From: Macrostomum lignano
Taxonomy: Eukaryota
NCBI GenBank assembly: GCA_002269645.1
Contig: NIVC01000027.1
Coordinates: forward strand, 1-64,000
Length of the DNA stretch: 64,000 nucleotides
Direction of reading: 5' to 3'
Shown piece after piece: positions 1 to 35,797 of this stretch. The translations under genes and the position numbers were made by a program. Position 1 is the first letter of the stretch; the number at the start of each line of letters is the position of its first letter. The notes under the pieces were generated by a model. That model was not told the origin of the DNA and ran no database searches. It was given only the letters and a program-made list of their open reading frames with translations.

Positions 1-1655
1 AACTATTCACACAGAGACGAGCAGGAGTTCATGTTCGACAAGCGCTGTCAGCACGGCATGTGCCAATCAGCTGGGGGTGTACATCGGTCTGGCCAAGTAC
101 ATGGAGTACATTTTGTACTGTTATTCGCCAAACAGGATTGCACAAGCCGACGCGTGGGCATCAATGAGCACATCGTTTTTGACCTGACGAACTTTACCGC
201 GAACACAAAGAATTCTTTGTTTGTCCAATCATTGTACTGCTGGATGTGTACAGTGCAAGTTCGTTGGACGAGATTCGGGAGATGGGAATCTTCGTCAGGG
301 CTTCATCTGGCGACAGTGGGTAGAGGAACTCTACAGTCGATCCTACATTGCTAGCCTGATCGTGCTACTTTTGGTTACGGCCTTGTGCATCTGCACAGTC
401 GGATTCTTCGGTGTAGAGTCTAACAAATACCTGAGGATAAAGTGCAGCAAATCGACAAATGAGGTAGCATCGACGCCTTACGGACTACTTAGCACTTTAA
501 TCTGCTGGATTACTTTCTCGCTTTTTTGTCTAGTGAGCACAGCTTTGGGCCTAGCTCGAAAGGAGATCTGGAGGTAAGCATGATAATAGAGATATCATTA
601 CTCACATATTACATTTTCGGGCAGATTACCTCAGCAGTTATGGCATCTGCCTCTCGTGCCTGTGCATGTATTTTTATGCTGGCTCAAGGGTTAGCAAAAT
701 TAGCATAACGGCTTGCTCCTCGCTGGCTGCCGGTTTACTGTCACTTTTTCGATTTGCTGCAGTGCCGAAGCCAGCTCCTGCAAGCAAACTGATGCGTGAT
801 GCAAACTTCTGTTTATTTAGGTACAAGCTCGGCTATCCCGCTTGGCCAAGAAGAAGCTACTCGGATCTAATTTCCTGGTTGGCCCCATTAATTTTGGCGC
901 TGCCAGTCTCGTGTTTTTTGTACTGGCTTCATCTAAATACAACTACAAGCTGCAATATGTTTGGCACCATGATCTATGCAACAAGTGGATGCTGCACCAT
1001 TTTGCTGGTACTCTCCAGTCTAGCTTTCATTCTCTGCTACTTGCAAATGTGTTGGCCGATAACAACTATCACAACTAGCTTCTACAACAGCATTGGCACT
1101 TTCACATTATTCTCACTTGTCTACATCATACTGACGGCTATTTTCACGCGATTGTTTCAAGCTAGTTCGACGTTCGCCGCGGCGCAAGCTGCTGCCAGTA
1201 GTAATTCTTCGGACAGCAGCAACACATTCTTCAGAGCTTATTACACCACCTTCTTGGTGTCACTGAACATCATTGATCCGACGGTATTCAGCCGGGCGAA
1301 GACAGAGCTGACCTGAGCCTGCTGCATATGGCCTACATTCTTGCGGTACCTGTATTGTTTATCAACTTTGTTGTCGGAATTTTATCTTCAGTGGTGAATC
1401 GAGTCACGGAGAACAGTGTTGAGCACCGCTACTGGCTAATGCTTACTGTTGCGGAGTACTTCGAGCGAACCTTTTGTCGTGCTCTTCCGACTGAGAACTG
1501 CGCTGTTCGGACGGAAAAAGCTCACTTTGACTGTGTGCAAGCCTTTAAGTCCGGACAGCAAGCTCATCGCGTTCAATAATTACACTCTCGACTCGGTTTG
1601 GCCGCCATGCGGACAGACAGAAGTCTGCGAACTCGAGTCTACAGAAGAAATTTGA
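1..1655 (+). pseudogene. TRP (TRPV-like) cation channel C-terminal half, interrupted by multiple frameshifts (pseudogene or low-quality consensus); 5' part lies outside the window
   Basis: Joining ORFs 31-354, 221-577, 666-1316, 1328-1579 and 1449-1655 gives TRP-like segments in order: pre-S1 'EHIVFDLTNFTANTKNSLF', hydrophobic S1-S2, S4-S5 'LAFILCYLQMCWPI...FTLFSLVYIILTAIF', pore 'FFRAYYTTFLVSLNIID', and S6/TRP-box-like 'YILAVPVLFINFVVGILSSVVNRVTENSVEHRYW'. A small intron 574-634/637 (AG|GTAAGC...CAG CAG) restores the frame. Frameshifts fall near 60, 150, 225, 1312 and 1480. Family assigned by remembered motif resemblance only. Confidence 0.55.
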
Positions 1656-4593
1656 TGCTTTATTGTGCTTGACGTGTCAAACATTTCGAGAAATCTTGAA
1701 ACTATGACGTATCTGAGCGCTGATACTCCGAGCTTGTTTATAGACGACTAAGATAGAAGGACGTTCCCCTTGTCTGTCATTACAGAGGTCTCATTAGTGT
1801 ATTAATAGACTGTTTTTGCACAGGTATGGTATAGACTCCTCCCTTTTTTATTGGGTAGAAATACTTCATAGCAAAAAATATTTTTCCATGGAGCTTGAAT
1901 TTTACAAATAATATTGACATCAATCCAAGGACAGCTATAAAATTAGGATAAGGCACTCGTTTCATCTAGAACGTTGTGGCTTCAGTGTCTGAGATTCTTT
2001 GTCTTTTGTTTTAAACTTGATGAATAGAAACAAATGTTTTAACTCATTACAATATTTTATACTAACTGCGGATTCTCTATGGATTCTAAATGTTTGTCTC
2101 TAACCTTTGCCAATCACTGTACTGTATACCGATTCCGAAAACAAATATTTGTATCTAATCGATAGTTGAACTGAATGTCGCATGACAACACTTACGCGTT
2201 ACGTTATTATCCATCCAAAACTGGTCGTAACTACCGCGTTACAAACTGCGATCTTGGCGCAACGAAGTGTGTTGCTACTAGAGATAGAAGTCTTCAGTAA
2301 GTATTTTTGAGGTTGCAGGGACGTCACAAAGACGAATCGATTCCATTATAAGATCAAACGTACAGATAAAATAGCCTCAAAGCATTATTGATTCTCTATG
2401 TTTCTAAATATCTGATCACAAAAATGAGTGCATTCGTCTCAGGGACGTCCCTTCAACATCAGAAAGCTTTCTGAAGACGTCTCACCCGCACAGCATTTGC
2501 ACGTCGGCGTCGTCGAACAATGGGTTCGTCAGCGGACGTCGGAATGTTGCTTAATAGTAACTTTGGTTGTAATCTTCGGGATTCGATAGCGCCATACAAT
2601 CGTCTATCTCTATAGATTTTCGACAACTAGCTAATTCACTTCGTTTTACGTTAAACATTTTTCTTGTCGTTAAATCTTTCGCATAATTTTAACAAACGTC
2701 AATATACCACTAGCATATCGTCTAATATCATGCATCAGGATCATAATTTTTTGAGAGTAGTTCTAGCTTCTGTCAGAAATTTGTTTGCATTGCTCGGACA
2801 AATACGAGATCTACTGATTTACTGAGCTAGTTGCTATTTGCCCAAAATTAATAAATGCCAATAAAATGACTATGTAGCCATATACCAGTTGTCAAAGTTT
2901 CTGCCCATGCGATCCAAGGTACGCAGAAAGCATTGACTTAAGCTTCATAGTGCAGTTGAGTTAAGTTGATCAGTTTGATTAAATGCAAGTCTAGCTAAGC
3001 AAATATACGTAACTAACTCCGACTAATTGTCTACGAATGAATATTTAGGGCACACACTCATAGAAGCAATTTTCTATTTCGCGTTATTGGCTTAGATAAA
3101 ACATTCTCCGATTTAATCATGCACGGTAAAAAATGCAACGCATCTGATTATAGTATTATTTGCAAATCATCAGTATAGCTTTCTTTGATTGACAGCTAGC
3201 GGCTGCCGTCATAAAGCTTAATTTACACACGGGATGGACAATAGAAAAAATATTCGCTGGTGGCTTTTTTGGTTTTGCTATTTTGCAACGCAACCAGCCC
3301 GTGAGGCAATTCTGCTCATTCCGCTGACCCCTGAGCACCTTCAATACAAGCTGTACATGTACAGCGGCCCTGACTCTCTAATCATCAGGCATGCATGTGA
3401 TGGGGTTTCAAAATATTAATTTTTAAAGCGTATGCCATCGTTTACGAGAACGCTTACTTCAAATACGTATTGCTAGCTATAGCTATATTAGTAGGAAGGT
3501 AGAATTTAGCATTTGCATTTGCATTTTGCATATTTTAGTCTTTATATAGCAGTTATATTAGAATTAACATATTTATGCGCACTCTAATTAAGGAAGTTAC
3601 ACGCATGCATGGAAAAACTGAATTGCAAATTCAGCCAACAATGAGTGCGCAAACTACTTTCCAGGATAAGTAGAGTAATTCAGTCATTGATAAAAATTAT
3701 CTCGTGGTTTAAAATAACAACAGAGCGAGTAATTAGTTCGTACATGTAACAGCTGTATATTAATTATGAAAAATTTCGACACCAAGACTCAAGCTGATTA
3801 AGAATATCATCGAAACTGAAAGAGTAGTGAAAAAAAGATTAATAATATGGTAGCTCGTAATATTGCAATAAATTAACAAAATAGTATACAGTATATGGAA
3901 ACTAAATGTGTCTGATTTTGTGTTTTTTTCAGCTGCGTTACTGTTTTTAGGCGGTTTAAATGGTAATGCAAGTTTTTCAAATTTGAAAAAATAAATTGTA
4001 CATCATATTACTTAGAGAATACTTCGACAAACCTGAAAGACAGTGGTAGTGTGATTAAACATACTATCATTCTTACATGTAGCTAATTAAATGTACGTAA
4101 GTCATTACGACATGCTCCATGCAGAATATATAAATAAAAATGAGCAACTTTTAGTAACAACACATTGCATATAACCATGAGTATAGCCAAAAAATCATAA
4201 AATACTCAGCACGATGCTTTTGATTTGTTTATACATGTACATGTACGAGTACATGTATCTTTAATGGCTTGATATTTTTTATTAATTGCAACTTTTATTA
4301 TTTAAAAAATATTTTATATTTTGAAACTATCAGCATATTTACGTTTATTTATTTACTTAGCTACCTTAAAACGTTTCCTTATTATAAGCTCATAAATTTT
4401 TGCGACAACGCGATCGACACAGCTGGAAACCGCGTTAAATCACTCAAACTAAAACAAATATCTCACAGTGTATGAAACAACTACAGTATATTAGTTGCCA
4501 GAAAAATATTAATACATTATTAGACAGTGCAAGTCATTATTAGAGCTATGTATGCATAGATGGAAATAAGAATCCTAAAAATGAAGCTCTCGA

Positions 4594-26886
<22,293 letters not shown>

Positions 26887-26927
26887 CTGAGTGTTGATCA
26901 GATGGAACTCAAGTTAGGAATGCAGGT

Positions 26928-27505
26928 AGTGAGGTGGGTGTGTTCGGGGCAGGGAGTGAGGTGGGTGTGTTTGGGCAGGGAATGAGGTGGGTGTGTTCGG
27001 GGCAGGGAGTGAGGTGGGTGTGTTTGGGCAGGGAATGAGGTGGGTGTGTTCGGTCAGGGAGTGAGGTGGGTGTGTTTGGGCAGGGTGTGAGGTGGGTGTG
27101 TTTGGGCAGGGAATGAGGTGGGTGTGTTCGGTCAGGGAGTGAGGTGGGTGTGTTTGGGCAGGGTGTGAGGTGGGTGTGTTCGAGCAGGGTGTGAGGTGGG
27201 TGTGTTTGGGCAGGGAATGAGATGGGTGTTTGGGCATGGAGTGAGGTGGATGTATTCGGGCAGGAAGTGAGGTGGGTGTGTTCGGGCAGGGAGTGGGGTG
27301 GGTGTTTTCGGTCAGGGAGTGAGATGGGTGTGTTCGGGCAGGGAATGAGATGGGTGTTTAGGCAGGGAGTGAGGTGGGTGTGTTCGGTCAGGGAGTGAGA
27401 TGGGTGTTCGGGCAGGGAGTGAGGTGGGTGTGTTTGGGCAGGGAGTGAGGTGGGTGTGTTTGGGCAGGGAGTGAGGTGGGTGTGTTTGGGCAGGGAGTGA
27501 GGTGA
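26928..27505. repeat. 26-bp G-rich minisatellite (GGGCAGGGAGTGAGGTGGGTGTGTT(T/C))n, about 22 copies
   Basis: Directly visible; period 26 measured from 27421 to 27447. Confidence 0.93.
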
Positions 27506-28060
27506 GCGAGTAAATAAAATTTGAAGTTTTTAAATATTTATTTACCGCACAATGAAATGAATTGCTGGTATCTAGATGGAGTTCAGCAAACTCGTTGAAA
27601 TGCATGAGATATACTGTGTTTATAGTTCCTAGAATTACTACGAATTTTTATCGAAAGAATCTAATATACACGCAAGCATTATTTGGATTCAAAAGTACAC
27701 AGAATGCTAGCTCTCAATATATATTCCTAAACCTCATTGAATCACCTTGACCCATCGCATTCTCCAGCTGCCGTGTCCCTGCTCGACCAAGCGAACAAAT
27801 TGACCCGCAGTCGTTCGCTTATAAGATTGAGCTGGAGACTACTCAAGCTAAAATTTCTATCAAAGAGAAATATAGAGGCATAAGCTTTACAAGTAGGATT
27901 AATGCCTTTCTGCATCCTTAAAATATCCTGTTGGTCAAGGACGGACGGACACCAAAAATACATTGCGATCCAGGCCTACATAAGACTATGGGTTTGAAAA
28001 AATAATTTACGAGCGTATTATGCCAACGCCAGCAACGTAGTTAAGCTAGTATGGTACAAA

Positions 28061-29140
28061 GGAGGCGCCAGCTACAGAGAGGGCGTCAGCTACAGACGAG
28101 GCGCCAGCTATAGAGGGGGCGCCAGCATTAGAAGGGGGCGCCAGCTTCAAAAGGGGGCGCCAGCTACAGAGAGGGCGTCAGCTACAGACGAGGCGCCAGC
28201 TATAGAGGGGGCGCCAGCATTAGAAGGGGGCGCCAGCTTCAAAAGGGGGCGCCAGCTACAGAGAGGGCGTCAGCTACAGACGAGGCGCCAGCTATAGAGG
28301 GGGCGCCAGCATTAGAAGGGGGCGCCAGCTTCAGAAGGGGGCGCCAGCTACAGAGGGGGCGCCAGCATTAGAAGGGGGCGCCAGCTTCAGAAGGGGGCGC
28401 CAGCTACAGAGGGGGCGCCAGCATTAGAAGGGGGCGCCAGCTTCAGAAGGGGGCGCCAGCTACAGAGGGGGCGCCAGCTACAGAGGGGGCGCCAGCATTA
28501 GAAGGGGGCGCCAGCTTCAGAAGGGGGCGCCAGCTACAGAGGGGGCGCCAGCTATAGAGGGGGCGCCACCTACAGAGGGGGCGCCAGCTTTAGAAGGGGG
28601 CGCCAGCTACAGAGGGGGGCGCCAGCTACAGAGGGGGGCGCCAGCTACAGAGGGTGCGCCAGCTTCAGAGGGTGCGCCAGCTACAGACGGGGCGCCAGCT
28701 ACAGATGGGGCGCCAGCTATAGAGGGGGCGCCAGCTACAGAGGGGGCGCCAGCTACAGAGGGGGCGCCAGCATTAGAAGGGGGCGCCAGCTTCAGAAGGG
28801 GGCGCCAGCTACAGAGGGGGCGCCAGCTATAGAGGGGGCGCCACCTACAGAGGGGGCGCCAGCTTTAGAAGGGGGCGCCAGCTACAGAGGGGGGCGCCAG
28901 CTACAGAGGGGGGCGCCAGCTACAGAGGGTGCGCCAGCTTCAGAGGGTGCGCCAGCTACAGACGGGGCGCCAGCTACAGATGGGGCGCCAGCTATAGAGG
29001 GGGCGCCAGCTACAGAGGAGGCGCCAGCTACAGAGGGGGCGTCAGCTACAGACGGGGCGCCAGCTATAGAGGGGGCGCCAGCTACAGAGGGGGCGCCAGC
29101 TTTAGAAGGGGGCGCCAGCTTCAGAAGGGGGCGCCAGCTA
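28061..29140. repeat. 18-19-bp minisatellite (GGGGGCGCCAGCTACAGA)n with higher-order blocks
   Basis: Directly visible. Confidence 0.95.
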
Positions 29141-29518
29141 CCAAATATCACCAATGCGAAAAGGAGAGATGACCTGCCTGAGTAGAGTAGAGTAGACTTG
29201 AACAATCGCACTCACAAATAGAGGCATACATATAATTTAGCAAAGCTACGAGTAAAAGCTTTCTATCAGCCACGCATAGGTGGTCATATTTCATCTCAGC
29301 GCAGAATTAGCAATATATTAGCAATTCATTGTTTCCAGTTGTACATGTGCATCTAAACTAATTAATCTATAGACTAGATAAAACTATTTTAATAAAGTCT
29401 ACTCTGTGTAGGCCATTCATTTTAATTATCCTGCTAGTATATCTAGATTTTTTAAAGCAAGCGGGACTAAAATGATGCATTACTGTTTTGGGAATAACTA
29501 AGGTAATTACTTTCAAAG

Positions 29519-30160
29519 GTATGCTCATATCTGCTACAATAGTGTGCTCATATCTGTTACAATAGTGTGCTCATATCTGTTAAAATAGTGTGCTCATATC
29601 TGTTACAATAGTGTGCTCATATCTGTTACAATAGTGTGCTCATATCTGTTACAATAGTGTGCTCATATCTGCTACAATAGTGTTCTCATATCTATTACAA
29701 TAGTGTGCTCATATCTGCTACAATAGTGTGCTCATATCTGTTACAATTGTGTGCTCATATCTGTTACAATTGTGTGCTCATATCGGTTACAATTGTGTGC
29801 TCATATCTGTTACAATAGTGTGCTCATATTTGTTACAATAGTGTGCTCATATCTGTTACAATAGTGTGCTCATATCTGTTACAATAGTGTGCTCATATCT
29901 GCTACAATAGTGTGCTCATATCTGTTACAATAGTGTGCTCATATCTGTTACAATAGTGTGCTCATATCTGTTACAATAGTGTGCTCATATCTGCTACAAT
30001 AGTGTGCTCATATCTGTTACAATTGTGTGCTCATATCTGTTACAATTGTGTGCTCATATCGGTTACAATTGTGTGCTCATATCTGTTACAATAGTGTGCT
30101 CATATCTGTTACAATAGTGTGCTCATATCTGCTACAATAGTGTGCTCATATCTGCTACTA
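29519..30160. repeat. 23-bp minisatellite (TGCTCATATCTGTTACAATAGTG)n, about 28 copies
   Basis: Directly visible. Confidence 0.95.
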
Positions 30161-30458
30161 TCTATCTAGAATTTTAATAACAATTAGAACACGAAAAGTG
30201 AGCTGCTCACCCGACTTCATTAGATTCACTTGCGTTGTTCCCGAACTTAGCAGAAGCAGAATCGCTTCCAATAGGGTTAAAATATTAGACAACATTTTCT
30301 TTGTCAGTTGTTTTCGAAGGTTCAATTTGGTTCGAAGTTGGTTTCCCCGAAAAGAGTAATGCGTTCAGCATTTCAGGTATTCTTTTTTATAAAACTGGCG
30401 GCCCGATAGGTAGACCCCACTATATAGAATTCTGAAATCCGCAATCTGATTGGCTGAC

Positions 30459-33400
30459 CGAACCAACTAGCCAATCAGATTCGTCCGACAGGATCATCAT
30501 TGAGACTGCATAATGTCCCATACAGAGCCTATCCAATTCAATTGGAAATCGCGACTGGAGCCTCACAATGCCCTCGAGGGGAAGTGGATACCCATCAGAG
30601 TTCGCGATGTCAAACCTCGAATGTAAACCTGTCAGATGTTTTGTCATACGTAGTAAGGCCGAGGGGCTCATTAGCATATTTCAGCAGGCTCATTAGCAGT
30701 TGACTTCTACATGTGCATGTGTATACACGAACTCTGTAACGCACCAATGATTTTTGTTTTAATTAGCGTCAGAAAAGCATGTGACTATTCATTGTGGTAA
30801 ATATAGTATAGCTACGCGGCAGTACTGCGCAAGGCCAAAATATTAATACATTAGTAGTTTTGAATTCCAACATGTAATAAATTGGTACACATTTCTATAG
30901 AAATATTCGTAACATGCTTCTTTCTGTATTTACACCTTTCAGTCATACTCTTTTTACTTCGCATTCTATTTTCCCTACTGCTTCTACCTATTGATACGAC
31001 CAGGTATATCTCTACTCCTCACCCTACTGTCTCTATCCCTCGACCACACTATTTAGTGTCTCCCCGCCATCCCATAGAATCGTTGCGTTCAAACAATGCG
31101 CTGTTAAAAAAATTTTAAAGCTTAAAAAAGTTTTTTAGACAAAAAGCTTTTCTTTAAAACAATGCAGATTTGTAAAAGCGTATCTAGCTTTTTGTAAATA
31201 TCTGCTTTCTGCATTGTCACTGATTCAAAAGTACATGGCCAGGTAGAGCATCACCTGCTTCTGCTACTCTAAGGGTATAAGGCGCTATAAATACGACTTT
31301 GTTACTTTGTACTTTTAGATATTGTTATCACAGGGGCGCCCACCAAGAGGCAGGGGCGCCCACCAAAAGACAGGAGCGCACACCAAGAGACAGGGGCGCC
31401 CAACAAGAGACAGCAGCGCACACCAAGAGACAGGGGCGCCCACCAAGAGACAGGAGCGCACACCAAGAGGCAGGGGCTCCCAACAAGAGACAGGAGCGCC
31501 CAACAAGAGACAGGAGCGCCCAACAAGAGACAGGAGCGCCCAACAAGAGACAGGAGCGCCCAGCAAGAGACAGGAGCGCCCACCAAGAGACAGGGGCGCC
31601 CAACAAGAGACAGGAGCGCCCAGCAAGAGACAGGAGCGCCCACCAAGAGACAGGGGCGCCCAACAAGAGACAGGAGCGCACACAAAGAGACAGGGGCGCC
31701 CAACAAGAGACAGGAGCGCACATCAAGAGACAGGAGCGCCCACCAAGAGACAGGGGCGCCCACCAAGAGACAGGGGCGCCCAACAAGAGACAGGAGCGCA
31801 CACCAAGAGACAGGAGCGCACAACAAGAGACAGGAGCGCACACCAAGTGACAGGAGCGCACACCAAGAGACAGGGGCGCCCAACAAGAGACAGCAGCGCA
31901 CACCAAGAGACAGGAGCGCACACCAAGAGGCAGGGGCTCCCAACAAGAGACAGGAGCGCACACCAAGAGACAGGAGCGCACAACAAGAGACAGGAGCGCA
32001 CACCAAGAGACAGGAGCGCACAACAAGAGACAGGAGCGCACACCAAGAGACAGGAGCGCACAACAAGAGACAGGAGCGCCCAACAAGAGACAGGAGCGCC
32101 CAACAAGAGACAGGAGCGCCCAGCAAGAGACAGGAGCGCCCACCAAGAGACAGGGGCGCCCAACAAGAGACAGGAGCGCCCACCAAGAGACAGGAGCGCC
32201 CACCAGGAGCGCACAACAAGAGACAGGAGCGCACAACAAGAGACAGGAGCGCACACCAAGAGACAGGAGCGCACACCAAGAGACAGGGGCGCCCAACAAG
32301 AGACAGCAGCGCACACCAAGAGACAGGAGCGCCCACCAAGAGACAGGAGCGCACACCAAGAGGCAGGGGCGCCCAACAAGAGACAGCAGCGCACACCAAG
32401 AGACAGGAGCGCACACCAAGAGACAGGAGCGCACAACAAGAGACAGGAGCGCACACCAAGAGACAGGAGCGCACACCAAGAGACAGGAGCGCACAACAAG
32501 AGACAGGAGCGCACACCAAGAGACAGGAGCGCACAACAAGAGACAGGAGCGCACACCAAGAGACAGGAGCGCACAACAAGAGACAGGAGCGCACAAGAGA
32601 CAGGAGCGCACACCAAGAGACAGGAGCGCTCTCCAGAACACCAAATAATTGGCGCTCCTTAGGGTGCGGTTTTTACTCTTTACCCTTTACCCCTCTAATT
32701 TCAATTCCCTAGATAGATACGCTCGTAAAAAGACGCTGAAGAGTCAGAGACTCTTAGCGCTCACACGCCCGCAAAAAAGTTCAGAGGGGCAGGAAGTGGC
32801 CTCGCCTCAAGCGGGTGAGGTGGATGGCCTGAAGGTCACTAGCAAAAGTCTTTAGAAGCGTCTCAGTGCGCGCATGTCCGCAACGATATGGGTCGCACGG
32901 CGGGTTGAGCACGACACCTGCGAAGGGGCTCATTTCCCCGGCCCCGCGTAGCACATGGCCGAGAGGTCGCTGTCTCCGCGCTCTAAGGATGGAGCTCACT
33001 GGCGGGACGCCGGAGCGAGCAGCGAGCGCGCGGTTTGACAGCCTTTCAGGGTAGCGGAGGTCGAGAGCAAACCGCAGCAAAGCTCTGAAGGTGGCGTCGA
33101 GAGCCTGCATGGTTGCGAGATTCCGTGACCGGCAGAGATTCGAAACCGTAATGGAATATCGGCTCCACGGCAGCTCGAAAAAACCTGATTCTAGTAGTTC
33201 AGGCACGGGCGAGCTGAAGATGGGACTCAGTTGCCGAGCAGCTCTCCAGACTTGCGCGGACGGTCGGTGACGATGTCGTCCGGAGAGACCACCAGCAAGC
33301 CGAGGTAGCGGAAATCCGAGCAGGAAGAGATTTCGTCGCCGTTTGGGAGGGTGAGAGCAGGTGGGTCGCTGATGCCGACGTGGAGCACCTCGGTCTTGCG

Positions 33401-35480
33401 GGCGTTCACTTCGAGGCCGACTCTGGCGCCTTCCTCACAGATCCTGTTAAGGCATGATTGAGCGGGCGAGGGGTCTCTGTACACCCAGTGCAAATGTCGT
33501 CGGCAAAAGCGAGGGCAGCCAGTGTGATCTCAGGGTAACGCGAGCTGCGGCGCCGAGCGACAACGAAGCCATCGTCTTCAGAGAGGGTGCGGCGCAGGAC
33601 ATAGACATCGGACATCAATTCCCTAATTAAGACTAATTATGTATTACCGTATGTCACACGCTAAATGAAGCTTCTAATAGCTCCTACATGCTAAACTTGT
33701 AAGTTATGAAAATTAATAAAAAAACAAAAGGTAGCGAAACACATATAACACATATGCATGTCAATATAAATGTCTCTACCGGTACAGCTATACGATGTCG
33801 GCGACCTCGCTGACAAACTCGTATATGTACTTTTGTATTACACTAGCTGACGGATAATAAATTAGACAGGTTATTAACGAAAATTGGCGCTTGACTGCGA
33901 GAAAGACGTCATACGTCCACACTGAACGTCGGGTGTGTAAGGTCCATGTAAAAGTACATTGTTCGCAACGTTGATTTTAGAAGTCGGGAAAATTGACCAG
34001 CGGATAAAGACTGCATATGCATGACTATAACGTACTGATCACGTCAACTAAAAAGGTGTTTCACCCGTGAAAAAGGTGAAGAACTCGCCAGTCGTGCTGG
34101 GGTGGAGATATGCACATACCTAATTATTTATCTACTATTTTACAGTATATTGTAATAAAAATCAAATAATCAAATCAAAAAATAAAATCAAAATCAAATA
34201 AAATCAAATAATTTAACCTGCATGCTTTACTCAATTAGATTGATCTGCATGTTGATGCGTCTGCATTGTGCAGCCTCACAAACTACTTAAGTGTAGTCTA
34301 CTAAAAGTAGTTCATGTGCAGCCTATATTCAAGAAAGATCAAACATGTAAATTAGGATCTCGGTTTTACACGTTCACATGCATGTGATGGGTTTCGACCT
34401 TCGGGCTCCTTGTTAGGGAAGCCTTCGGGCCTCAGGCTCAGAAATAAATCAATTAGAGACCTGGCCCCCCACTCCTGTCAGATGGTCAGCCCCATGGTAG
34501 CTTGATCGTGTGGCGAGCAGTCTAGGTCCTATAGCTAAGAGAGGGACAGCGAGAGACGAGCAGGGAGAATTTTGAAAGTAGAAATTAGCTAATCCGCAGA
34601 TCAACTAACTTGCTGCCACCAGCCCGTGCGCCCTGGCTCACCACACCGGGACTCTCGAAATCGGGCTTCCGACTAGAAGGGGCTTTGCACTTACCTGCCA
34701 ACTAGTGTCTTTTTGCTGTCAATCTCGAAGTCATAGCCGATGATAAGGGACACTGCTGGGACTAGATCGCATTGGCCATGCAGGTACAGAGGGGACTTGT
34801 GCAGGGGATTCTTGCGGTGGCGATCGAGTCTATGGGGTAGCTACATGTACTATTACATTGCTAAATACGAAGATATGTACTTTTGGCCTTCAACGCGCCA
34901 ACTAGCCTCTCATAGCGCTGATGATAGGCTAACTCGAACTTCAGAGACCGCATGATTCATTTACCCGAGCCGCTTGGCTACCCTAGAGTGCACAAAGTAC
35001 ATCTCTGGCGCCGATTCTGCACTATTGGCGATTTTGCTCACTGATTGATAGATTGATTGACTGAGAACTGCCTTGCCATTGGTCCACTGTGACCGGCGCC
35101 TACTAGCTTAGCTACTCATCTGAGCCATCGGCGAACAAAGAAATCAAACCGATAAAAATAACTGTTAGATTTAACCTTCTCCTTAGTTCACTCCACACTT
35201 CAGATTGAATTGGAGTCTTAGACTACTAGCAGTATTATTGAATGATTTCTGCCTCAGCAACAGCACTACTAAACAAAATGAGCAAAAGTGTGCGCCTAAT
35301 TCAGCTACTGCAACAGGGGACAGATAAGGGATCACCCAATCAAGCAAGTCCAGGTAGCCTCTCACCCAACCAATCAGAAACTCAACAGCCGGAGACCAGG
35401 TAATCCACAGTGACCGAATCGGCTCGATGCTCTGCAGCTGTAGACTCGGGATGATGCTGTCACACTCTTCGCTGTTAGCT
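30459..35480 (-). CDS. Candidate upstream (FN3-like) exons of the LamG/EGF gene: ~35366-35480, 34695-34829, 30459-30628
   Basis: Translations LQLQSIEPIRSLWITWSP, LIIGYDFEIDSK and IELDRLCMGHYAVSMMIL loosely resemble FN3 strands A-B, C and E-F in the right order. 34695-34829 has a strong CAG|GTAAGT donor. Splice phases could not all be reconciled. Confidence 0.3.
31331..32630. repeat. 20-bp minisatellite (CAGG(A/G)GCGC(A/C)CA(C/A)CAAGAGA)n, about 65 copies
   Basis: Directly visible; explains the long periodic ORFs 31299-32662. Confidence 0.96.
32781..33615 (-). mobile_element. 5'-truncated, frameshifted RTE-type LINE fragment (RT domain 5 to C-terminus)
   Basis: Three consecutive minus-strand ORFs give LAALAFADD, then GLEVNARKTEVL...DFRYLG, then ILRARRQRPLGHVLR...GHARTETLLKTFASDL, matching the RTE C-terminal pattern RRLxWxGHVxR...GRP. 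Confidence 0.8.
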
Positions 35481-35715
35481 AGCAGGTGATGCTCTTAACT
35501 TGATGTTCGCTGCTGTCGACCGGGGGACTCGTCCTTGATGATGATGGGGGAAGTCGCAATCCGGGGATCAAGAAACGACGGTCGTGCTCTTGGAACCAGA
35601 AGTTGCGCGCTGGGCCCGAGCCAAAGTTAGTAGAAGATGTGTCCGAGCGGGCCAAAAACTCCGGTTTAAATAGCCGCCAACTGGACCGCAGTTTGTTATA
35701 ACGGAACACGTCGAT

Positions 35716-35797
35716 TCTGATTGGCTGAGCCGTTTTGTTAAAATGAGCGCCGAATTTTCTGATTGGCTAAGCTCGTTGCTACCCAGAATCACGTGAC
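35716..35797 (-). promoter_or_regulatory. Promoter-like motif cluster (two CCAAT boxes and an E-box)
   Basis: TCTGATTGGCT at ~35716 and ~35758 (CCAAT on the minus strand) and TCACGTGAC at ~35789, at the edge of a GC-richer patch next to AT-rich intergenic DNA. The target gene is uncertain. Confidence 0.3.

Noticed and set aside
27745-27830. Candidate phase-1 exon upstream of 26886 (...QLENAMGQ)
   Set aside because: The donor is plausible, but acceptor and phase could not be matched and there is no recognisable domain.
31299-32662. 430-446-aa ORFs on both strands
   Set aside because: Artefacts of the 20-bp minisatellite.
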